Source: Deltaproteobacteria bacterium (lineage in GTDB: Bacteria > Desulfobacterota > Desulfarculia > JACQYL01). From it: a stretch of DNA of 64,000 bases. The position numbers and the translations under genes are program-made. The DNA is taken from the NCBI GenBank assembly GCA_016208165.1, contig JACQYL010000001.1, positions 8,099 to 72,098 on the forward strand. Reading direction: 5' to 3'. Positions 44,356-52,787 of the stretch are shown here, piece by piece; the stretch's first letter is position 1; each line of letters opens with the position of its first letter. The notes below the pieces were generated by a model, which did not search any database, was not told where the DNA came from, and was given only the letters and a program-made list of their open reading frames with translations.

Positions 44356-44867
44356 AAGGGGACAAAATCCGACCGATCGAGATGAAAGAAACAGACGCTC
44401 CTGATCCGGAAGCATTTTCGCCGTCCGGGAGTGCGACTGACGGCGCCTCGCGCCGAAGCGTGCTGTTTCTGATTTGGGCCCTTGTCCTAATAGTTTTGGC
44501 GGTCATGCTTCGAAGCATCTCTGCTTTCCTGGCGGCAAGCGGGCCGAAGGAAAAGGTACGATATCCCGTGCCCATGCCTGAGCGGTTCCCTTTCAAAGGA
44601 GCCGAATTCTGGCTGGACCGCGACGACCAAGGCCTGTTCGCGTTCCTGGATCGTTGCCCTCATCTGGGGTGCAAACCCGTTTACTATCCGGATCGGAAGG
44701 AATATGTTTGTCCCTGCCACGGAAGCCGTTTCTCGGAAGGCGGAATATACGAGTCCGGTCCGGCCCGAAAGAGCATGCAACGGATCCTGGTCCGCCGTGG
44801 GCGGGATGACGAACTTATGGTCGATCTCCGAGAAAACGTGTCCGAGTCCTACCGGGTAGGCGTGTAG
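44352..44867 (+). CDS. Membrane-anchored Rieske [2Fe-2S] protein with a Tat-like signal
   Basis: CPHLGC...CPCHGS is the Rieske motif pair. SRRSVLF is a twin-arginine-like motif before the TM helix. The start GTG overlaps the RND stop (GTGA). Confidence 0.8.
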   Translation: MKGDKIRPIEMKETDAPDPEAFSPSGSATDGASRRSVLFLIWALVLIVLAVMLRSISAFLAASGPKEKVRYPVPMPERFPFKGAEFWLDRDDQGLFAFLDRCPHLGCKPVYYPDRKEYVCPCHGSRFSEGGIYESGPARKSMQRILVRRGRDDELMVDLRENVSESYRVGV

Positions 44868-45013
44868 CGCATGAGCGCTTTACCGCCCCTTGAAGCCTCT
44901 CCCGAATCGGTATTTCCCGCCTGTTTCAACAACCATGGTCTATGACGCATTCCCGATGCCATGGGATTGAATCGACTTTGGTTCGTTGCAGAATTTTCGT
45001 TTCAGTACCCTTT

Positions 45014-45937
45014 TCAAATGAAGTTCCTGTAGTCAAATGTCTCGAGGTACTGCCAGGTCCGGATGCGGATCTCCTCGCGCTCTTCGACCGATAGTTCGGC
45101 GGCGGTAGCCTTGTTTGCCTCGGGTGTCGCCTTTTTGATGGTCCCCCACGGGTAGACCTCCTCGAGGGGTATTGAATTGAACGTCGGTTGGCCAAGGCTG
45201 TGGGCCGACTCGAGACCAAGCTTCTCACAGATTGCTCCGAGCGTCTTTTCAGGGGAAGCCATCACATCCTCGGTCCGCACTATGTGAAGCCTTCCCGGAA
45301 ATTTCTTCCGGCCCAGGAGCGCAAAATGCTGGTTGAGGTTCCAGCCCAGGATGTAGTTCGCCAAGCTCATCGGGACCGGCCTCTTCTTGGTATCGGCGTA
45401 CGCTGACCATGGATTTCGAACAACATGGAGAAAATGTGCATTGGGGAAATCATAAAAAATCTTCTCGAAATCCACAACGACTATCGGACTGTATCCGACG
45501 TATAAGGTCCGTTTCCCATTGTGCCTGTAGTCTTTCCACGCATCGAAGGTGGACTTGAAGAATGCCGCTATGTTTGTCGACCTCGACCTGCCTGATTCCC
45601 TGATATAGCTCTGATAGATTTCGCGGCGATTGTCGTCGGAAAAGTCGAAGGGCATATGGCGAAACTTGCTCGCATGAGGCGTTCGTGCTCGAATCTTGCA
45701 CTCCTCATCGATAATCGCCTTGTAGTCGTCGATGGCCGAGGCGTTGAGTTCAAAAGCAGGCCAACGGTATTTCACGGGGAAAACGGATGAGAGCATATCC
45801 TGGACCAGGCAGGTCCCGATCTGCGATTCGAAAGGATACACAAACATCTGGGGATGACCGTCAAACAGTCGGTGGGTGACGTTTCCTCCGTTCTCATACA
45901 TCGCGCCGATCATTAGCAACCGGAATTCCATTTCCAT
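45014..45937 (-). CDS. Sulfotransferase-family protein
   Basis: LLMIGAMYENGGNVTHRLFDGHPQ (a 5'-PSB-like loop) and FLHVVRNPWSAYADTKKR (a 3'-PB-like motif). 307 aa. Confidence 0.55.
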   Translation of the reverse strand: MEMEFRLLMIGAMYENGGNVTHRLFDGHPQMFVYPFESQIGTCLVQDMLSSVFPVKYRWPAFELNASAIDDYKAIIDEECKIRARTPHASKFRHMPFDFSDDNRREIYQSYIRESGRSRSTNIAAFFKSTFDAWKDYRHNGKRTLYVGYSPIVVVDFEKIFYDFPNAHFLHVVRNPWSAYADTKKRPVPMSLANYILGWNLNQHFALLGRKKFPGRLHIVRTEDVMASPEKTLGAICEKLGLESAHSLGQPTFNSIPLEEVYPWGTIKKATPEANKATAAELSVEEREEIRIRTWQYLETFDYRNFI

Positions 45938-46039
45938 GTATTCTTGCGCCTCGCGTCGAGGTTTTCCGATGGTGAACTCCGCGTCGGAAAAAAACCTTTC
46001 GGCATCAATTGCGAAGGTATTTCGCCGGGCGGAACTCGG

Positions 46040-47227
46040 TCAGGTTCTAAAATTATAGAAAAGTTCCTCGATCTCCACTTTCCGGGTCCTGCCATTTCCC
46101 GGCAGGGGAAAACCTGAAACGCAGCCGGCGGGCAGCCATTCGATGGAAAAAACCTGGTTCCCGTGTGGCCAGATGAGGCTCCCAATGATCTCTCCCGACC
46201 TTACATCCACCATGTGAATGCCGCATATACTACTCTCGATATCCAGTCCCGGAGCGTATTGGCCGAAACGGGGAATGACCTTCGATGTGCCCAGGAATGC
46301 AATATCTTCATGGAAGCAAAGTCCCCGTGTCCAACCGTTCAGTCTTACCACAGCCTCGAATTTTCCGTCGTCTATGAAGCCCATCTCGCCGTACCCGCTG
46401 TTATCGACCCATAACCGGCCCCGGTGAAGTCGCGCCGAATGCGGCCTGGTAAGACCTCGCGCCACGGGCTCGCCCGTTTTCCCGGAGAAGATCACACCTC
46501 TTCCTTTAACCGGGAAATTCCTGTGACCAGGACGCCTGGATGAGATACGCTCCGATGAGGCCGAGAAAAAGGATTCGTTGATGGAGTTCCCGGCGGCTAT
46601 GGAATTCAACTGGAGATAATTTATCCCCAGAGAGGGTTCCGACCCGGTTTCGATGCACCGGGGCCACCAGACGTGCTCGAACCTGCCGTCATTTCCCAGG
46701 CGAATCACTGAGTTGTTTCCCACTGAATTGGCGTGTAGTTCCCGGCCGATGAGTGCTATGTCGTGAATATACAGACAGCCGGGGAAAAACCTGGAGCCCA
46801 CGGGCACGAGGCTCTTATCGCCACCGGTCCCGCGCCATTTCGCTTCCTTGCGTTCCTGCCGCCCGCGAGCGGGAAGGAATTCGAAAATCTGGTTTGGATT
46901 CCGAGTGCTTGCTACATATAGTCTGCAGGCTTGTCTGTCCACGGCCAGGCCGGAAGGATGAGGAATCGGCCATCTGGTGACCCGTCCATTCCCTTTTCCA
47001 TCGGTCCCCAGGGCGATCAGCGAGTGCTCGTATTCCCTGCTGACGATGAGGGTTATTTCCGCGGATTCCAGAGTGTCCCACCACTTGCCGCTTACGTAAA
47101 ACTCGAGAAGCCTTGGATCGATACTACCGGCCCCGTCCCACAGTCCCGCAACCTGGGCCGGATTTCTCCAAAGAGCTTCGTTTCTGCCCCACAAACCGTC
47201 CGGTTCGGTCCATGAAACGCCTTTCAT
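46040..47227 (-). CDS. TIGR03032/DUF4915-like conserved hypothetical protein
   Basis: TRPHSARLHRGRLWVDNSGYGEMGFIDDGKFEAVVRLNGWTRGLCFHEDIAFLGTSKV...CGIHMVDVRSGEIIGSL matches my recollection of TIGR03032 blocks (PHSPR..G.LW..NSG.GELG.., RGLAF.G.YA.VGLSK). The start forms an ATGA overlap with the upstream GT2 gene. Confidence 0.6.
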   Translation of the reverse strand: MKGVSWTEPDGLWGRNEALWRNPAQVAGLWDGAGSIDPRLLEFYVSGKWWDTLESAEITLIVSREYEHSLIALGTDGKGNGRVTRWPIPHPSGLAVDRQACRLYVASTRNPNQIFEFLPARGRQERKEAKWRGTGGDKSLVPVGSRFFPGCLYIHDIALIGRELHANSVGNNSVIRLGNDGRFEHVWWPRCIETGSEPSLGINYLQLNSIAAGNSINESFFSASSERISSRRPGHRNFPVKGRGVIFSGKTGEPVARGLTRPHSARLHRGRLWVDNSGYGEMGFIDDGKFEAVVRLNGWTRGLCFHEDIAFLGTSKVIPRFGQYAPGLDIESSICGIHMVDVRSGEIIGSLIWPHGNQVFSIEWLPAGCVSGFPLPGNGRTRKVEIEELFYNFRT

Positions 47228-47919
47228 TTGCGACCTCCGGGCGAATTCAGGTAAAATCCAAAGGCCCCTCCGTACATTCTCAGCGCCGATAAAATGCCTG
47301 TGGTGCTTTTTCCTCCGTGCCGGGGCGTCAGGTTAATCGGGAATTCCACTATCCTGTACCCATTCATGGTGCACCGGAAAATAAACTCCATGTCGAAGAG
47401 GTCGCCGTCCTCGGATAGTGTAAGCAGGTGCTTAAAATCCCTGGGAAATAACTTGGGGGTACCGTTTATGTCCCAAACCGGAATGTCGAACAGCATCCGG
47501 CATTGGATATTATAGAGGATGGAGCCCAGCCTGCGCAGGGCAGTTTCGCGAATTTTGCGATTGGCCTTGACCACGATTCCGGGGTTGTCCAAAGCGAACT
47601 GGATTGAAAACAGGAGATCGTCGGCCGTGGTACGGGCGGAATTGGTGAAGCACAGAAGATTGCCGCCCGCGGAACTCATGCCCAGTTTTACGGCAAGCCC
47701 CCAGCCACCGGTGCGACTGACAATCAGGCGGACATTCTCGCGCCTCTCCGCGAGGTCCCGGCAGAGGGCCTCCGAGTTGTCACGGCAGCCGTTTACTACC
47801 AGTATGATTTCATAAGGGACGGTGAGCTCGGCGAGCTTCTCCGCGTACTCGTTTACAACGGTTCGGATGTGATCAGCCTGATTGCAAATGGGAAGAACTA
47901 TAGAGCAGAGCGTGTACAT
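47224..47919 (-). CDS. Family 2 glycosyltransferase
   Basis: CSIVLPICNQADHIRTVVNEY...YEIILVVNGCRDNS and a ...DGDLFDMEF acidic motif. I took the internal ATG at 47919 (MYTLCS) as the start. Confidence 0.75.
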   Translation of the reverse strand: MYTLCSIVLPICNQADHIRTVVNEYAEKLAELTVPYEIILVVNGCRDNSEALCRDLAERRENVRLIVSRTGGWGLAVKLGMSSAGGNLLCFTNSARTTADDLLFSIQFALDNPGIVVKANRKIRETALRRLGSILYNIQCRMLFDIPVWDINGTPKLFPRDFKHLLTLSEDGDLFDMEFIFRCTMNGYRIVEFPINLTPRHGGKSTTGILSALRMYGGAFGFYLNSPGGRK

Positions 47920-48145
47920 CGGTACAAGTCCAGTAATGTAAGAATGGCGCCGGCCGGTTCGTCGGAGGCGCGGGATTAGAGGCACAAATACCGGTCTCGG
48001 GAGCGCGGACACGAATGGAACAACGCCGAGCATTTGCAGAACTTTCCGCCGCCCCCGCTTTGCAGGTGCATTCAATTTCGACTAAATTCCGTCTTACCAT
48101 GGGGGTAACTCGGTTGGGAAGCGGTTTTCCACGGTGATTCGCTTC

Positions 48146-48195
48146 TATCTTAATATCTAGGTGACAACATTAGCTTATCCTAATATCTGGTCAAC
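48146..48195. promoter_or_regulatory. Two direct repeats, TATC(T/C)TAATATCT(A)GGT(G/C)A(C/A)AAC-like, 30 bp apart in a divergent intergenic region
   Basis: TATCTTAATATCTAGGTGACAAC at 48146-48168 and TATCCTAATATCTGGTCAAC at 48176-48195, lying between the GT2 operon (minus strand) and the MFS gene (plus strand). Confidence 0.3.
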
Positions 48196-48614
48196 TTCCT
48201 CACGGTCGTGTATAAAGGGCGCCTCATGACACTTCAGCCGGAGGTTCCCTGCTTTGAACTTTCGGGAAGTCTTTGTTAGACTTGTTGTGCGACGGGAAGA
48301 GCAGCCCTATCATGAACTGAGGGGTAAACATCGCGAAGGACTGTTACACCCCAAGAAAGCAGGTACCCTGTCCCAAGAAGGTGATGAAGAACCTAAGCGC
48401 ACTAAGACCATAGAACCCGGACGCTCAAATGTATTGGACGCCATCGGCGCGTTGCGCGAACCATCGCAAGTACTCCCGAGGGCTCGTCCACGAAGCCAAA
48501 AGCGGTCAGGTCATGCTCAGGAAATTCGAGGGATACTCGCTTCCGGCGGATCCTTCTCCGTAGAACCAATTAAGTTCCACTGCAGCTGCTCAACACGGGT
48601 ATCGAGGTGCGATA

Positions 48615-49940
48615 TTGGACCGGAGCATATACAACAAAGCGGTGCTGGGCTGGAGCCTGTACGATTTCGCCAACTCGGCGTTCGCCACCACCATCCTCGC
48701 CGTGATCTTCAACAAGTATTTCGCCCAGGTGGTGGCCGGTGGGGAGACCGGTGTCCTGATCTGGGGGGTACGAATCCCTGGCGCGGCATTGTTCGGCTAT
48801 GTGCTTTCCATGAGTTACGCGGTGGCGGCGTTCATGGGTCCCGTACTGGGCGCCATAGCGGATGAAACCCGCGCGAAAAAGAGGTTTCTCGGCGTCTTCT
48901 GCTGCCTGGGAGTGGTGTGTTCCGCCCTGCTCTATTTCGTGCACACCGGAGACGTCCTGTTGGGAAGCACGCTGTTCATTCTGGCGAATGTGGGCTTCGG
49001 TGGAGGGATGGTTTTCTACAATGCATTTTTGACTGAAATTTCGAACGAAGACAATGTGGGCCGTATCTCCGGGATCGGATGGGCTCTCGGTTACATAGGA
49101 GGCGGGCTCCTGCTGGCGCTGAATCTGGTGATGCTCGAATTTCCGCATTGGCTTGGATTTCCCGCCAAAACCTTCACTGTGGGTCATTGCTTTGTTTCCG
49201 TGGCTGTTTGGTGGGGAGTATTTGCGTTGCCGTTTTTCTTCTGGGTGAAGGAAAGGCGGGACTGCACAACGGCGCGGCCCGGTTCCGGATACCTTCGCCT
49301 CGGATTTTCGAGGGTGTTCGAGACCCTTCATCATATACGCCAACACAAGGAATTCACGAAATTCCTAGTCGCCTATCTCCTGTTCAACGACGGCATTGAA
49401 ACCGTCATTGTGTTCGCCTCGATCTTCGGAGCCGCCGTGGTGGGCATGGAGACGCACGAGCTGATCCTGTTCTTCCTGGTGATTCAGGGGACGGCGTTTT
49501 TCGGATCCCTCCTTTTAGGCTTTCTATCGGATCGCCTCGGCCAGAAAGGTACCCTTATGGCTACCCTGTTCGTGTGGACGGGCGTGGTCCTGTGGGCCTA
49601 TTTCATGGGATTTTGGGACCTTAAAAAAGAGTACTGGATCCTGGGGATCGTTTCGGGCACGGTGCTGGGCGGCTCTCAGTCCATAGCCCGTTCGATGGCA
49701 GGAAGACTGATTCCTACAGGACGCAGCGCCGAGTTCTTCGGTTTTTACGCCATCAGCGGCCGTTTTGCGGCCATCTTCGGCCCCGCCCTTTACAGTTCGG
49801 TCATCACCGTGACGGGCAGCATGCGATCGGGAGTACTCTCGCTGGGCATACTCTTTCTGGCGGGTATGATCGGTCTGTCGTGGGTCCGGGTCTCGAAAAA
49901 AACCGGGGCGGCTCGATTCGAGGAAACTTTGAGCGCCTGA
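48615..49940 (+). CDS. MFS transporter, UMF1/Atg22-like family
   Basis: VLGWSLYDFANSAFATTILAVIFNKYF is a typical UMF1 N-terminus. It has about 12 TM segments. The start codon (TTG at 48615) is uncertain. Confidence 0.8.
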   Translation: MDRSIYNKAVLGWSLYDFANSAFATTILAVIFNKYFAQVVAGGETGVLIWGVRIPGAALFGYVLSMSYAVAAFMGPVLGAIADETRAKKRFLGVFCCLGVVCSALLYFVHTGDVLLGSTLFILANVGFGGGMVFYNAFLTEISNEDNVGRISGIGWALGYIGGGLLLALNLVMLEFPHWLGFPAKTFTVGHCFVSVAVWWGVFALPFFFWVKERRDCTTARPGSGYLRLGFSRVFETLHHIRQHKEFTKFLVAYLLFNDGIETVIVFASIFGAAVVGMETHELILFFLVIQGTAFFGSLLLGFLSDRLGQKGTLMATLFVWTGVVLWAYFMGFWDLKKEYWILGIVSGTVLGGSQSIARSMAGRLIPTGRSAEFFGFYAISGRFAAIFGPALYSSVITVTGSMRSGVLSLGILFLAGMIGLSWVRVSKKTGAARFEETLSA

Positions 49941-50208
49941 TCGTCGAGAACGAGGCCGAGAATACAAAAAGCAGTCCGATGGCCGCTCCCGCCAGAGGAT
50001 CCGTACCGGATACCAGCCCAAAAAACGAATGCCGGAACGACGAAAAATACGATCGACTCCTTCCCAAAGGCGGCCCATCCCAATGCCAATACCAACAGCT
50101 GCATACCCAGGATCAGCAGAAGGGAATGCAGCAGATTCAGAATCCTGTGCTCGGAAATCTTGGAGGAATCCAGTTCCATGACGTACCAGGTGTCCCGAGT
50201 AGGTTAAA

Positions 50209-51813
50209 TTATTCGAAACGGATGTCGTCGACGTTGATGTGACCCCAGCCGCTGCTCGATTGATCCACAATGCGGATTCGGGCGGTCCGGCCCAGGAAAG
50301 GCCTCACGTCCCAGACCAAGCTCTCCATGGTCTCATTGCACTTGCCGGCGGCCTTTCTTTCCACTTTGCCGCCAACCAGCAGTTCCATGCGCACCTTGGA
50401 TTCATCGCATCCTCCGCCGATCCGAAATCGGATATTCGGCTCGGTGATGGTAAAGGGGTCCGAAAGGAGTGTTCCCTGGGGCCCATCTCCCTGGACCGCC
50501 CCCGGTGGATCCGATGGACGGGGCCGCTTCTCAAATCCCCCTATCCAGTAGTCGCCTTCATGGCCGGACGGCTGTCCTCTCCGTCGGGCCGTGGGGTTGT
50601 CCCCATAGGTGGGCTGATGGGTAAACGCATTACCCGTCTTCTTCCATCCGGGCAGCTGCGGATTTTCGAAATCCCAACTGATTTCCGCGGAGCCGGGAGA
50701 CGCTAAAGGCTGGGCGCCGACGTCTTCCCCGGATTTCGGAGCTTTACCTTCCGAGGCCGGTCCCAGGTCAAGGAAGCGGACGTCGTCAAAATTGATGTGC
50801 CCCCACCCTGCGCTCGACCCGTCCACCAGTCGTATGCGCGCCGATTTCCCCTGGAATTTGGAGACATCCCAATAGACGCGCTGCATGCTCTCGTTACAAT
50901 TTCCGGTGGACGCCCGGACAACGCGCCCATCTACAACGAGTTCCGCGCGCGCGGTAGTCATGTCGCAGCCGCCGCCCAAGAGAAAGCCGATACCCGGTTT
51001 GGCGATGACAAACGGCGACGAGGTGAGGGTTCCCTGCGGGCCATCCCCTTGTATCGCTCCGGGCCGGTCAAAAGGTCGGGGACGCCTTTCGAATCCGCCG
51101 ATCCAATAGTCTCCTTCGTGCATGGACGGCTGACCTCGGTGGCGGGCCGTTGGGTTGTCTCCGTAGGTGGGCTGGGATAGGAAAGCATCTCCCGTTTGTT
51201 CCCATCCCGACAGGTCACCGGTCTCAAAATCCCATGTAGTTTCCGTGGCTTCCTCGGTTTGAATCGGCTCCTTTTCTCCGCCGGTGGTTTCCGCCTTGGC
51301 CGGCGGCGTTACTGAAACCGGGGGAACTTCCGTTTTTTCCGTTCCGAGAAGCCCTCCTATCAGGGTGCGAGTCAGGGTAGTGAGGAGATTCAGATCGTTG
51401 CCGCTCACGTTGCGCCCCAATTTGGCCTCTCCGGTTTTCACGTCGATCATCCTCGAGTTGATGGTATAGGCCGTGCCGATTTTGACGACCGAACCCACGA
51501 TGATGAGATCCGCGCCCAGAAGCTTGCCGAGTTCCACGGCGCTGCGGTCATCGATCACACCGGACATCTGAAGTTCCTGTTCGGAAAGGGCCCTTCTGAT
51601 TTGAGCGCGTTCCACAACGCGAAATTGTTGGGTGCCCACCAGTTCGGTCCGCATGATCTCGGCTACCGCTTTTCCGAGGTATTCCTCGGAGCCGATGCTT
51701 TCGAAATCCAGAACGGCAACGGTTGGTTTATTCTCCGCGATTCCGGTGCAAACCACGAACAGCATGGCGAGACAGACCACACTGGTGATCTTTGAAAAGA
51801 ACGAGGGCTCCAT
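50209..51813 (-). CDS. Secreted protein: a CsgG/LpoB-like N-terminal domain plus two tandem LamG/GH32-C-like jelly-roll domains
   Basis: Signal peptide, then TVAVLDFESIGSEEYLGKAVAEIMRTELV..ADLIIVGSV. Two roughly 155-aa repeats follow (50770-51234 and 50212-50676), each with WDFE..GW..TG.AF..QPTYGDNPTAR.RGQPS.HEGDYWIGGFE.RPRP...GGGCD...WGHIN.DD(V/I)RF. Confidence 0.7.
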   Translation of the reverse strand: MEPSFFSKITSVVCLAMLFVVCTGIAENKPTVAVLDFESIGSEEYLGKAVAEIMRTELVGTQQFRVVERAQIRRALSEQELQMSGVIDDRSAVELGKLLGADLIIVGSVVKIGTAYTINSRMIDVKTGEAKLGRNVSGNDLNLLTTLTRTLIGGLLGTEKTEVPPVSVTPPAKAETTGGEKEPIQTEEATETTWDFETGDLSGWEQTGDAFLSQPTYGDNPTARHRGQPSMHEGDYWIGGFERRPRPFDRPGAIQGDGPQGTLTSSPFVIAKPGIGFLLGGGCDMTTARAELVVDGRVVRASTGNCNESMQRVYWDVSKFQGKSARIRLVDGSSAGWGHINFDDVRFLDLGPASEGKAPKSGEDVGAQPLASPGSAEISWDFENPQLPGWKKTGNAFTHQPTYGDNPTARRRGQPSGHEGDYWIGGFEKRPRPSDPPGAVQGDGPQGTLLSDPFTITEPNIRFRIGGGCDESKVRMELLVGGKVERKAAGKCNETMESLVWDVRPFLGRTARIRIVDQSSSGWGHINVDDIRFE

Positions 51814-52149
51814 GTCAGGACTCCGTTTCGATTGGGTGACTTTAACCTGCCTGTGTTTCTGGAGACGTCTCACCTGCGCGCCGGGAATTCGGACCCGTCT
51901 TCCACGGCTTGGGAGAGCCCCCTGACCGGGGACTCTCTTCCCGCAGTGATCGTGTCCAGTCTTCTATACCTCTTGTCAAAATTCAACCTTTTTGTCCGGT
52001 TTCGGCTGAACCCGTACAACAAGCGATTGCAGAGAAAGCATCCGGGTGCCGTAAGTATTAACGGGGGGAAAACTTTTCAAAAAACTCTTGGAATGTCTCA
52101 CGGCATAGCCCGAGCTTGACTGGTCGGGCTATTTTATATATGAAAAACT

Positions 52150-52740
52150 ATGGGTAAAAAATCCAAGAAAAACCGGAAATCAAAGAAAGGAAAACCAAAC
52201 CACCAAAAACGGCCCATATCAAACCAATCCGAAAGGCGCAAAAAAGTTCAAGAAAAAAACTTCTCAAAAATATCAATAGTTCCAAAAAAGTTAATTGCTA
52301 TAATCTGTACTCTCTCAAGTATAATAGCATTTGTCTTTTTGTTTTTCCCAAGAGTGGCTCTCGAAATTGGACCAATATTAAAACCAAATGATCCATTCAA
52401 GAATATTTTATACCTTTCAAATAATGGGTATTTCCCTATTTATAAAATATCTTGTTCGGTATATATCGTAGAGGCAAAAGGTGAAAATGCCAATTTCAGC
52501 CGTAATAATGTCTGGGATGTAAAAGGATTAAATTTACCTAAAATATCACCAGACGATAAAGCTCCATTAAGGCTTGAACATGTACTTAATATACAACCAT
52601 TCATTTTAGATCGTATTAAAGTGAAATTAACTATAAATTGTAAACTTTGGCCGATTCCGTTAAATTTTACTAAAGTTTTCCATATAGAGGCCAAGCAAAC
52701 CTTTGATAAGAAGTGGATTTGGATTCATTCAACGGAATAG
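52150..52740 (+). CDS. Orphan AT-rich hypothetical membrane protein
   Basis: 196 aa with a Lys-rich N-terminus (MGKKSKKNRKSKKGKPNHQKRP), one TM helix (LIAIICTLSSIIAFVFLFF) and a roughly 120-aa C-terminal domain. Its composition differs sharply from the flanking sequence. Confidence 0.5.
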   Translation: MGKKSKKNRKSKKGKPNHQKRPISNQSERRKKVQEKNFSKISIVPKKLIAIICTLSSIIAFVFLFFPRVALEIGPILKPNDPFKNILYLSNNGYFPIYKISCSVYIVEAKGENANFSRNNVWDVKGLNLPKISPDDKAPLRLEHVLNIQPFILDRIKVKLTINCKLWPIPLNFTKVFHIEAKQTFDKKWIWIHSTE

Positions 52741-52787
52741 ATATCTACCGTAAAATGGGACATTCCGAAACGATGAAAAAGTCCGGC

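Noticed and set aside
49790-50179. A 129-aa minus-strand ORF with two hydrophobic helices, convergent with the UMF1 transporter
   Set aside because: Its last roughly 50 codons overlap the 3' end of the transporter gene, it has no RBS or family signature, and its C-terminal half is low-complexity. It is too weak to call, though a shorter small membrane protein cannot be excluded.
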